29,545 nt of DNA, taken from positions 1-29,545 of IMG/VR virus record IMGVR_UViG_3300032312_001032; one strand, 5' to 3'. Source of the DNA: a virus (taxonomy: Duplodnaviria > Caudoviricetes). The notes below the pieces were generated by a model. The model searched no databases and was not told the DNA's origin. It saw only the letters and a program-made list of their open reading frames with translations. This document shows, one piece after another, positions 5,339 through 14,069 of the stretch. Numbering within the stretch: the stretch's first letter is position 1; the number at the start of each line of letters is the position of its first letter. The position numbers were made by a program, and so were the translations under genes.

Positions 5339-5788
5339 ATGAATTGTAAATATTGCGCTCAATACTACGAAGCTGGATACGGATCTTTCTGTTCTAGATC
5401 TTGCTGCAATAAAGCAAGAGGGCCTAGATCTCAAGAAGTAAGAGATAAAATCAAACAGAAAAATATTCAGAGAGCTTCTGAAAGAGGGAAGGATTTTTAT
5501 GAAAAGCTAAAAGAAGCTAATAGTAATCCGGAAAAACTTCTAAGAGTTAAAAATACTTGGCTTTCTAAACGAGATTATAATTCTGCTCATGTATTGACTT
5601 TAACTAAGTGGTTAAAAGAAGAAATTACAGAATGTCAAAACTGCGGATTGGATCAATGGTGTGGTTCCCGGTTACCTTTAGAAGTACATCATATAGACGG
5701 CAATAAGCAGAATAACATAAAAGAAAATTTACAGGTCTTATGTCCTAATTGTCATTCCTTAACCGGTAACTGGCGAGGACGTAAGTGA
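5339..5788 (+). CDS. free-standing HNH (homing) endonuclease
   Basis: N-terminal CxxC...FCSRSC zinc finger; C-terminal CxxC...LEVHHIDGNKQNN...NLQVLCPNCH. Confidence 0.92.
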   Translation: MNCKYCAQYYEAGYGSFCSRSCCNKARGPRSQEVRDKIKQKNIQRASERGKDFYEKLKEANSNPEKLLRVKNTWLSKRDYNSAHVLTLTKWLKEEITECQNCGLDQWCGSRLPLEVHHIDGNKQNNIKENLQVLCPNCHSLTGNWRGRK

Positions 5789-5800
5789 TTACCGTATCTT

Positions 5801-5851
5801 GATCCTGGGAAGGTCTCCTAGACGGTACAGGTTCGAATCCTGTCAGGATCA
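5801..5851 (+). ncRNA. 51-nt truncated tRNA-like element (acceptor stem + T arm, no D arm)
   Basis: GATCCTG/CAGGATC+A and ACAGG-TTCGAAT-CCTGT joined by only 19 nt. Confidence 0.7.
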
Positions 5852-5873
5852 CCGCAGTGAGATGCTTACCGTT

Positions 5874-5909
5874 AAAGGATCTATCATTAAGTTGGTAGGT
5901 CCTTTTTTT
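5874..5909 (+). terminator. intrinsic terminator ending the tRNA cluster
   Basis: AAAGGATCTATCA/TGGTAGGTCCTTT followed by a T-run. Confidence 0.85.
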
Positions 5910-5926
5910 ATGTCTATTTATAAAAT

Positions 5927-8056
5927 ATGGCGTATATTACAGGGTCTGTTATTGATAGTTTTGGTGTACTTCCATTTTCCTTATCGGCAGGTACTCAGCT
6001 ATCTATGAGTATTCAAAACTCACTACCCGGGGTTTCTTACTACGGTTTAGAGACTGTACCGGACGGAAATGGCTTTTATAATCCCACTACTCCTAGGAAT
6101 TTATCCGGGTCTTTTATTCTCGGTTCCGGTATAGTTGATGTTGTTTATGATGACTATAAAATGGTTGCTGCAGTTGCTCCAGGAGGAGGTACTTTAACCT
6201 ACACTCCGGCAGTTGCTATTATGGCAGATACTCTACGTACTAAGGGCACTGGTGCTTCTTTAGGACCGGTGGATTTTGGTACTTTATTAGCTAGTTCTTA
6301 TTCGAAAAGGGTAACTGCAGCAGGAGGGTATGTTGAATCACCAGATAGTATTACAGCAGCTATCGCTGCTACTCCTATATTACAGGATGCTTCATTCTTA
6401 TATGTTCCTTCAGGGTATGCTTCAGGGACTGCTTTTTCTGAATTATCAACTAAGGACTATGTTGATTTAACTTGGACAAGGGCGACTGATGCTTGGCGTA
6501 CAAATGCCGATGAGTTGATTCAACGAGTTCCGTGGAATTTGTTGCAACAAAGTGAAACTTTTGACAATGAAATTTGGGTTAAAACTTCCACCACAATTGT
6601 GGCAAATGCTGAAATAGCACCAAACGCAACAATGACTGCGGACATAATGACCGTAACCTCTTCTGCCACAAACTTATCTCAAACGGTATCTTATCCCATT
6701 TATGGTGGTGGTGAATATACTTTTAGTGTTTATGTAAAAGTAATAAGCACAACAACATCGGGGGCAATGAGATTGCAAGGGGTTGTAGATGGTGCGAATG
6801 TGTCAATGAATTTTACACCTACAACAGAATGGCAATTATTTACCCAAACTATTAACGCTACAACATCAATAACTTCATTGAGAATTAGGGGGCTAGCGTT
6901 TGTTGGAACAGTTGCTATTTGGGGAGCACAATTAACCGAAGGCACAACTGCTCAACCTTATCTTCCAACAACAACAAGATTAAATGTACCTCGTTTAGAT
7001 TACACTTACGGAACTAGTCCTGCTTCTTTGTTAGAACCGGAGAGGACGAATCAGATTCCGAATAGTATTTGTAGTGGTTCAATTACGGGAACACCTGGAA
7101 CTTATCCAGCTCACTGGTCTGCAACAAGTACGGGATTAACTCAATCAGTTGTTGCTATTGGAACTGAAAATGGTTTGGCTTATGTAGATTTGAGATTTAA
7201 CGGAACGGCAAACACAACACTTGCACGAATAACTTTCGAAGGGCCTACCGTAATTCCGGTAACAAATAACTACCCGCGGGTAGTGTCAACCTATGCAAAA
7301 TTGATAAGTGGAAGTTACGATTCATCTGCATTGGGGTTCATTATGCGTAGCATCGATGGTTCAGATCTTGGGTTACTATCTCAAACAATTACACTAAATT
7401 CAACTTTTCAAAGGTTTAGTTATTCCGCAACAACAAACGTACCGTTGACTAATTATGCCCAACCATGTATTGATTTCTATGTGACAAGTGGGCAAACATA
7501 CGATTTTACCATCCGCATCGCTCAACCACAATTTGAATCGGGCGCTTACTCAACTACGCCAATTTTAACCGATGGATCATTCTTTGTGACCCGTATTGCG
7601 GATTCATTCTCTCGCAATAACATCTACACGAATGGTTTGATAACATCAAGCGGAGGAACTTGGTTTGTTAAGTTGTTGAATAATGTGGCGTATGTTGGAG
7701 ATTTGGGTAATGATGCAATACTTTTGGGAGATACAAACAACCTAACCGGAAATAATTTTAGGTTATTGCATGGGGAATCATCAGGTCGAATGAGAATTTT
7801 TAAAACTATTTCAGGAAGTCTAACATCACTATACACAACTACGACAGACACAACCAAAATCGCTATTAAGTGGAACGGAAGCACCGCAGACATTTTTGCT
7901 AATGGAACAAAGGTTGTTTCTGCCACCGCATTTACTGCAACTGCTTTGGAATTTTTTCGTACAAACATAACGGCAGCCCCCAAATTCATCTCACAAATGG
8001 CATTATTTCCCACACCCTTAACAGATGCGGAGTGCATCGCCTTAACAACTTTATAA
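5927..8056 (+). CDS. virion fibre/spike protein with tandem carbohydrate-binding-like beta-sandwich and LamG-like domains
   Basis: 709 aa, Thr/Ser/Gly-rich; two NxxxxS...AQ(L/PQF)xxG...PxL modules; late motif at 5915. Confidence 0.7.
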   Translation: MAYITGSVIDSFGVLPFSLSAGTQLSMSIQNSLPGVSYYGLETVPDGNGFYNPTTPRNLSGSFILGSGIVDVVYDDYKMVAAVAPGGGTLTYTPAVAIMADTLRTKGTGASLGPVDFGTLLASSYSKRVTAAGGYVESPDSITAAIAATPILQDASFLYVPSGYASGTAFSELSTKDYVDLTWTRATDAWRTNADELIQRVPWNLLQQSETFDNEIWVKTSTTIVANAEIAPNATMTADIMTVTSSATNLSQTVSYPIYGGGEYTFSVYVKVISTTTSGAMRLQGVVDGANVSMNFTPTTEWQLFTQTINATTSITSLRIRGLAFVGTVAIWGAQLTEGTTAQPYLPTTTRLNVPRLDYTYGTSPASLLEPERTNQIPNSICSGSITGTPGTYPAHWSATSTGLTQSVVAIGTENGLAYVDLRFNGTANTTLARITFEGPTVIPVTNNYPRVVSTYAKLISGSYDSSALGFIMRSIDGSDLGLLSQTITLNSTFQRFSYSATTNVPLTNYAQPCIDFYVTSGQTYDFTIRIAQPQFESGAYSTTPILTDGSFFVTRIADSFSRNNIYTNGLITSSGGTWFVKLLNNVAYVGDLGNDAILLGDTNNLTGNNFRLLHGESSGRMRIFKTISGSLTSLYTTTTDTTKIAIKWNGSTADIFANGTKVVSATAFTATALEFFRTNITAAPKFISQMALFPTPLTDAECIALTTL

Positions 8057-8057
8057 T

Positions 8058-8402
8058 ATGAAATTTAGAAAATACGAATTTACACCATCTCAATGGTCTA
8101 CCAATTCTAAAAAAATTCAACAAACTTATTCTATTGATGATGAAACTTCAACATCTTGGGTTGATTGTCACGTAGTTGAATTAGGGACGTTATTCACCAC
8201 TCCTCCAACCTTAGATGAGGGAGGTATTGTTGTAAACCCTGGAGTTATATCTAGTAAGTACTCTGTGGATATTTTATGGAATAATGAACCGCACCCTGAT
8301 TTCTTACAATACGAGGTTTGGCCTGAACCTTGCGGTGTTCATACATTCGCCGGTCTAGAAAACTTGTACCTAGAGGGATATCAAGCTAGACTTAATCCAT
8401 AA
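8058..8402 (+). CDS. hypothetical protein, possible fibre partner or chaperone
   Basis: starts 1 nt after the fibre gene stop. Confidence 0.75.
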   Translation: MKFRKYEFTPSQWSTNSKKIQQTYSIDDETSTSWVDCHVVELGTLFTTPPTLDEGGIVVNPGVISSKYSVDILWNNEPHPDFLQYEVWPEPCGVHTFAGLENLYLEGYQARLNP

Positions 8403-8420
8403 CACTATTTATCAGAGATT

Positions 8421-8573
8421 ATGGCACCGACTAAAGGAAAATCTAAATCCACCTCTGTTATACTTAAACTTGCAAAAAAGCAGGTCAAGAGAAAAGGCAT
8501 TCATGCTAAGACTAAGATGTCTAAAAACAAAGGCTCTAAAAATTACGTTAAAGTTTCAAGGGGACAAGGTTAA
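8421..8573 (+). CDS. 50-aa Lys-rich protein ending SRGQG, not in ORF track
   Basis: manual translation; TATTTATC variant motif at 8406. Confidence 0.75.
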   Translation: MAPTKGKSKSTSVILKLAKKQVKRKGIHAKTKMSKNKGSKNYVKVSRGQG

Positions 8574-8610
8574 CTTGCATTCTTAATTATTTTTACTTAT
8601 CTTAACTGTT

Positions 8611-8841
8611 ATGAACAGTTCATGGAGAATTATTGCAATCCAACCTGATAAACACATTGCAGGCGTTTTAAGATTGAAAGATAGTAAAAAATTCTTTCTC
8701 GGTGATATAACACCATACGGTCCTATAAGTAAATTCAGTGTTTATCAAGGGTCTATTCAAGTAGAAATGGGCCTTAATAATGTTCATGGGATTAAGGAAA
8801 TTCATCGAGCAACCCTTAAGTATTTACAGGAGTTACCGTAG
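8611..8841 (+). CDS. hypothetical protein
   Basis: 76 aa; promoter TTG(8575)-N20-TATCTTAA upstream. Confidence 0.75.
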   Translation: MNSSWRIIAIQPDKHIAGVLRLKDSKKFFLGDITPYGPISKFSVYQGSIQVEMGLNNVHGIKEIHRATLKYLQELP

Positions 8842-8888
8842 TCTTTTTTCTTTAATTTGACGCTATTTATATAAAAGCGCTTTTTAAA

Positions 8889-9962
8889 ATGAATAAAGAA
8901 TTTACAAGAATGCAGAAACTCGCCGGTATTATTACTGAAGGGTTGTACACTTCTGATGCGAAGGCTCCTATGGAGGCTGTATCTCATGACGGTGAGTCTA
9001 AGATGAAAAAATCACACCTTAAGAAAAAGATTAAGGAAATGATGACTACTACGCCTGGTGAAGGTGCTGGGATTAGAAGAGGGAGAATGTATTTCCATGT
9101 ATTAGAAGATGGCGGTTACGGTGATGTAGGCCACCAGGGTGTCTACAACACTAAAGAAGAGGCTCAAAGCAGAGCTACTAGTTTAGCGGATATGTTTCCT
9201 GATTCTTTCTTCTATGTTGAAGCTTCAGATAGTAAGGAGGAACCTTACAGTGTTACTATGGAAGAAGGTACTATCGGTCAAGAAGCTTATGCTGAGATGG
9301 GTAGTATGGATGAATACGATACTCAGGGTCTTACTAATGCTGCTAGTGTTGTTGATCATTACTTAAAGACAGCATATGATGCTGGGTCTATAGGTATGGG
9401 ATTTGATAACAACCTTGCTTATGAGATGATGGATCATTTAGAGCAATTCTTAGGTGAGATGGGTAGTATGAATGAAGCTTCCTATGAAGGTATGGAGAGA
9501 ATGGACGGCTTAGCTCCTCGTAGTGCTATTGCAGCTTTTGTTGGTGGTGCTGAGAGAATTATCTTAGCTCTTAAAAGAGATGGGTTTGAAGATGATGATA
9601 TTCACGACTACTTAATCGAACTTATAACTGAACTTCCTACTACCTCTAAGGCGATGTTTGAAGCTAAAAAAGATAAGGAATCAGATACTGAAGATGTAAT
9701 TGTTGCCGATACAACTGAAGAGGTTCCTGCTGAAGGAGATGAAGATATGACAGTTACTGATACTAAAGTAGATGTTAATATGGATGGTGTACCTGATGTT
9801 GATACTGGTTCGGCAGAATCTAAGAAAGCATTTACTAGTTTAGTTGATACTTACAATTCTGCAAAAGAATTAGGAGATCCTAAATTAACTCAAATGATTG
9901 CTAATGCTTTAACTTATTACAATAAGAATATTATTCTTAAATCAGGTCAACCACAAGCTTAA
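8889..9962 (+). CDS. acidic putative internal head or scaffold-like protein
   Basis: RMQKLAGIITE N-terminus, many [ILM]-x-E sites, late motif at 8864. Confidence 0.7.
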   Translation: MNKEFTRMQKLAGIITEGLYTSDAKAPMEAVSHDGESKMKKSHLKKKIKEMMTTTPGEGAGIRRGRMYFHVLEDGGYGDVGHQGVYNTKEEAQSRATSLADMFPDSFFYVEASDSKEEPYSVTMEEGTIGQEAYAEMGSMDEYDTQGLTNAASVVDHYLKTAYDAGSIGMGFDNNLAYEMMDHLEQFLGEMGSMNEASYEGMERMDGLAPRSAIAAFVGGAERIILALKRDGFEDDDIHDYLIELITELPTTSKAMFEAKKDKESDTEDVIVADTTEEVPAEGDEDMTVTDTKVDVNMDGVPDVDTGSAESKKAFTSLVDTYNSAKELGDPKLTQMIANALTYYNKNIILKSGQPQA

Positions 9963-9981
9963 TTAACTTAAATATATTTGG

Positions 9982-10006
9982 AAAGGATGCCTTACGGTGT
10001 CCTTTT
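9982..10006 (+). terminator. terminator hairpin
   Basis: AAAGGATGCC-TTAC-GGTGTCCTTT. Confidence 0.7.
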
Positions 10007-10022
10007 CCTATTTATAATATAT

Positions 10023-10460
10023 ATGGATCCTAGATTAGTATTCGGTTTATTCCAAGACCCTGAAGATAAATCAGAGGAGAAGGTGAAGGAAATTGTAGAC
10101 TTCTCGGAGCATCCTTATGTTTTAATGGGAATGTTTACCCGGATCATCTTCAGAGGAGACATAGTTAACAATCAGATTATTAAGTTCTTTTCAGAGATAA
10201 ATAAAGATATTGATGTAGAGAATTTGGAGATTATTAATAAAAACATGATCTTTATTAGAGCTTACTCATATCTTCATAAGTTAGATCTTAGTAATTCATT
10301 CCATGTAGAGACTCTCCTTGATAAGGCAGATGATACTTTCTTACAGGCCTGCGACTTAGCTCTAGATCATTTTACAGAGTTAGAAGAATATGAAAAGTGT
10401 TCGTTTATAAAAAAGTTTAGAGATTTTATAGAATTTTCTCAAAATAAGTTGCCTTTGTAG
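10023..10460 (+). CDS. hypothetical protein with C-terminal UVR-like EEYEKC motif
   Basis: ATG 10023 after TATTTATA 10009 is preferred to TTG 9978, which lies upstream of the terminator. Confidence 0.8.
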   Translation: MDPRLVFGLFQDPEDKSEEKVKEIVDFSEHPYVLMGMFTRIIFRGDIVNNQIIKFFSEINKDIDVENLEIINKNMIFIRAYSYLHKLDLSNSFHVETLLDKADDTFLQACDLALDHFTELEEYEKCSFIKKFRDFIEFSQNKLPL

Positions 10461-10534
10461 TTTTTCATTCGTATCATCTATACATAGGGGTTTCGGAAAA
10501 GAGAGGATAAAGGGGTATGAAAGTATAGAATAAT

Positions 10535-10732
10535 ATGAGATATAGAGATCAAATAATTAACAAAGTAGAGGTACTAGAAAGTAGCTTAAAGACTTTAAAG
10601 AGGATTGTCCAAAGACAAGAGCCAATCAAATCTTACATGGAGGAGTTGGATAAAGCCGAGGAACGTCTTGATGAAATCAAACAGTATATTAAAATGGAAC
10701 CGGCATCTTCGAATGAAGTAGGTGGCTTTTAA
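10535..10732 (+). CDS. small helical hypothetical protein
   Basis: 65 aa, heptad-like; promoter-like TTG(10449)-N20-TA upstream. Confidence 0.75.
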   Translation: MRYRDQIINKVEVLESSLKTLKRIVQRQEPIKSYMEELDKAEERLDEIKQYIKMEPASSNEVGGF

Positions 10733-10757
10733 GTAAATAGTTTCGTATATTAATAGT

Positions 10758-11546
10758 ATGAATTTAACAGCAGAACAAATCCAATCCAATTGGGAAGAGT
10801 TTTTAAGGTATATTGATACCTACATTTCTTCTCCACGTAGGGAAGATCTTCGCAAGTTTTATGAAGACCGTACGGACAGATTTATCTTAATGCCGGCAGC
10901 TCATACTACCAAGTACCACAACTGCTTCCCTGGAGGTTTTATTGAGCATGTTAACCGTGTTATTAAAGCCTCACTTCATTTTGCAAAACTCTGGGAGAAG
11001 TTTGGCTGTGATATGTCTACCTTCACAATCGAGGAATTAGTATTCTCAGCAATCAATCACGATTTAGGTAAGGTAGGTGATTCAACCCAAGATTTATATC
11101 TTCCAGGTAAGGATGAATGGAGAAAGAAAAACTTAGGAGAGGTTTATTCCTATAATACAGAAGTTGCTTTCATGACTATCCCAGATCGATCATTATTCTT
11201 ATTGCAAGAAGCGGGTATTAAGTATACCTTGAATGAAATGCTTGCTATCAGAACTCATGACGGTCTGTATGAAGAGTCAAACAAAGCTTACCTTATTTCC
11301 AGAATGCCAGAAAGTAAATTTAGATCTGCAATTGCTTACATTTTACATCAAGCAGATTTCATGGCATCAGTCGTTGAACTAACAGTCAATCCAGTAGAAC
11401 AGCCAAAGTCAAAACAATTCGCAATCTCAAAAGAGACAACTCAAAAAAATCCAACCACTCACCAACAGGCTGCTAAAAATAAAGCCTTATCAAACATTCA
11501 GAGTGATGGATTAAAAAGTGCAATGACTAATTTCTTCAACGACTAA
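10758..11546 (+). CDS. HD-domain phosphohydrolase (YhaM-like HD domain)
   Basis: PAA...YH..FPGG..EH...HDLGK...HDG...LHQAD. Confidence 0.88.
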   Translation: MNLTAEQIQSNWEEFLRYIDTYISSPRREDLRKFYEDRTDRFILMPAAHTTKYHNCFPGGFIEHVNRVIKASLHFAKLWEKFGCDMSTFTIEELVFSAINHDLGKVGDSTQDLYLPGKDEWRKKNLGEVYSYNTEVAFMTIPDRSLFLLQEAGIKYTLNEMLAIRTHDGLYEESNKAYLISRMPESKFRSAIAYILHQADFMASVVELTVNPVEQPKSKQFAISKETTQKNPTTHQQAAKNKALSNIQSDGLKSAMTNFFND

Positions 11547-11833
11547 TGGTAATCACAATCATCCTTCTCGTCACCCTAGTTTGTGTACTAAGCTACACAA
11601 CTTACAACCTGCTTAAGAAAAACGAGAAGCAGGAAGACATTTTAGCATCGTATTTGATGTATATGGATCAACTATCTAAGATCATTGAACACAGTGATGA
11701 GCGTTTAAAGAAGATAGATTCAAAAGGTACCTTTCAAAGTGATGACGAGATCGGATGGTTTTTCGAACAAATTAAGGTTATTCAAGAACGATTAAATAAC
11801 TTTAAAATAGAAAATGACCGAGAAGAAAAATAA
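11546..11833 (+). CDS. N-terminally anchored membrane protein
   Basis: hydrophobic first 20 aa followed by a helical region. Confidence 0.8.
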   Translation: MVITIILLVTLVCVLSYTTYNLLKKNEKQEDILASYLMYMDQLSKIIEHSDERLKKIDSKGTFQSDDEIGWFFEQIKVIQERLNNFKIENDREEK

Positions 11834-12548
11834 GAATTATTTCACTCACGACACTGAACTCGCAATAATCAAATATGTTAGCACCGAGGACTACGCAGAG
11901 AGAAATAAAATCTACAGGGAGGAGATTCACTACGCACTCTTTAAATTAACGCAGAACCTAATACATACTTTTAAATTCTACTACACTGAAGAAACTAACC
12001 TAGAAGATCTTCAGCACGAAGTAATCACTTTCCTACTAACCAAATTAGATCGCTTTAATCCTTTAAACGGGGCTAAGGCGTATTCTTATTTCGGAACGAT
12101 TGCAAAGAGATATTTAATTGCTTCGAATCAAAAGAATTATAAAAAGAGAATGGAGTTACTTTCTCTCGATAATCTAAACATCGAGCAAGAAGACGGTGAG
12201 TATGTTCACGGAGACGTATTAGATGTTAATGGAATTCAAACAGACTCTAAAGTATACCATCCGGTTGATGAAGTATCAGAGTTTTTAGATCTATATGTTG
12301 ATTTCTGTACTGATCAGATCTACGAACTGTTCCCAAGAGACGAAGAAGCTCAGATTGCTGATGCAATCCTTGAACTATTCAGAAAAAGAGAGCACATCAC
12401 AATCTTCAATAAGAAAGCACTCTATATCTACATCAGAGAGATTATTGATGTTAAAACCCCTAGAATCACTAAAGTAGCTAACGAATTAGGAGATCTCTAT
12501 AAGAAACATTACGCATTCTATCTAGAGAACGGCTACGCAAACTTCTAA
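11814..12548 (+). CDS. phage late sigma factor, T4 gp55-like
   Basis: NYF start; region-2-like DLQHE...RFNPLNGAKAYSYFGTIAKRYLI. Confidence 0.72.
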   Translation: MTEKKNKNYFTHDTELAIIKYVSTEDYAERNKIYREEIHYALFKLTQNLIHTFKFYYTEETNLEDLQHEVITFLLTKLDRFNPLNGAKAYSYFGTIAKRYLIASNQKNYKKRMELLSLDNLNIEQEDGEYVHGDVLDVNGIQTDSKVYHPVDEVSEFLDLYVDFCTDQIYELFPRDEEAQIADAILELFRKREHITIFNKKALYIYIREIIDVKTPRITKVANELGDLYKKHYAFYLENGYANF

Positions 12549-12585
12549 ACCGTACTACTTTCTATTTATAAAAAATAGACTACTC

Positions 12586-12921
12586 ATGAGTTTAGATAAA
12601 TTAATATTTAAGAATAAGAAATTCGCAGACCTTCTAGAAGAGATTTACGACAATCAGAAGAAGAAGGAGAAGCAGATTTCAACTCTTATTTCAGAATTAA
12701 GACCGTTAATCGAAGATACCGGAGATGCGACTTTGATCGTACCTCTTATTAAAGAGTATTTGGAGATCGGAGTTAAGAATGATGACCAGCTTGTTAAAGT
12801 TGCAACAATCATTCAACGTATATTTCAGAATCAAGACTCTGCCACAGATTCATTTGGTATTTCAGATGAAGAGAGAGAGCAGTTGATGAAAGAAATTAAC
12901 AACATTAAAGAAGATAAGTGA
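12586..12921 (+). CDS. helical hypothetical late protein
   Basis: 111 aa; late motif at 12563; heads the baseplate operon. Confidence 0.85.
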   Translation: MSLDKLIFKNKKFADLLEEIYDNQKKKEKQISTLISELRPLIEDTGDATLIVPLIKEYLEIGVKNDDQLVKVATIIQRIFQNQDSATDSFGISDEEREQLMKEINNIKEDK

Positions 12922-14069
12922 TGGATTTTGAAGCAGCAGTAGTTCAAGACATAGTACTAAACGATACAAGTAAGTACTTTGTTAATGCCGGAGAATGGAA
13001 CGGCATCGGAACGATCTACTTCAAAAAAGTAAAGAGAGGCAATTATAAATCTACCGGGTTTGCTAAACCGTATTTTTCTAATTTTATAAACTACCCGCTG
13101 TTAAATGAGTTAGTATATATCTTTAAATTACCATCCCCAGATATTCAGAATAACAACTTCAAGGAAACCTACTACTATATAACGCCACTAAATATCTGGA
13201 GTAGTAATCACCACAACGGTATACCGAATCTATTTGAAAATAAAGACATTCCTGAATCACAGCAGCGAGACTATATACAAACTCAAGCTGGAGCTGTAAG
13301 GAGAGTTGAAGATGGAACTACCGGTATAGCCTTAGGTTCTACATTCCAAGAGAAAAGCAATATCAAGCCATTAAGAAAGTTTGAAGGTGATGTTATACTA
13401 GAAGGAAGATTAGGTAACTCCATTAGACTAGGTTCTACTGTACTACAAGACGGTAAAGATATCAATAGCTGGTCTAATAGCGGAACTAACGGAGACCCTA
13501 TCATACTAATTAGAAACGGTCAAGGAGACAACGGATCAGTTGGTTACTTACCGACTGAGGAAAATATAAATACCGATGCTTCATCTATATACCTCACTTC
13601 AAATCAAAAAATACCGTTAACTGTTTCAAGTAACAATTACTTTAGCTACTCATCAGAGACCCCTACCCAACCCAATCAATACATCGGTAAACAAGTCATA
13701 ATAAATTCCGGAAGGCTAATATTTAATACAACAGAAGATCATCTATTACTAAGCTCAGCAAAAAGCATTAGTCTAAGTTCATTATCGACTGTAAACATAG
13801 ATGCATCTGAAGTAGTGATGCAGACTGAGAAAATATACTTAGGATCTAAAAATGCAAAAGAACCTCTATTATTAGGAGATGCAACTACAACTCTATTAAA
13901 TGAACTAATAGATATAGTTGCAAGCCTACTGAAGGATTCTATAGCCGCTAACGCCGGAGGAGTTCCTATAGTACCATTTACAAGCAACTCTCCCCTACTA
14001 TTAACAAGACTTCAGAAAGTACAGGCTGAAATTAATTCTATCAAATCTAACTATAACTTTACTGTATAA
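12918..14069 (+). CDS. baseplate hub/central spike, gp5/gpV-like
   Basis: OB-fold-like N-terminus (YPLLNELV), GD.ILEGR.GNSIRLG, beta-helix-like repeats, EPLLLGD; gene context. Confidence 0.7.
   Translation: MMDFEAAVVQDIVLNDTSKYFVNAGEWNGIGTIYFKKVKRGNYKSTGFAKPYFSNFINYPLLNELVYIFKLPSPDIQNNNFKETYYYITPLNIWSSNHHNGIPNLFENKDIPESQQRDYIQTQAGAVRRVEDGTTGIALGSTFQEKSNIKPLRKFEGDVILEGRLGNSIRLGSTVLQDGKDINSWSNSGTNGDPIILIRNGQGDNGSVGYLPTEENINTDASSIYLTSNQKIPLTVSSNNYFSYSSETPTQPNQYIGKQVIINSGRLIFNTTEDHLLLSSAKSISLSSLSTVNIDASEVVMQTEKIYLGSKNAKEPLLLGDATTTLLNELIDIVASLLKDSIAANAGGVPIVPFTSNSPLLLTRLQKVQAEINSIKSNYNFTV

Noticed and set aside
5289-5860. Group I intron carrying the HNH gene inside a tRNA
   Set aside because: Flanking non-coding sequence is too short for an intron core and the neighbouring tRNAs are intact
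5799-6008. 69-aa ORF
   Set aside because: It runs through the tRNA-like element, a terminator and the next gene's start
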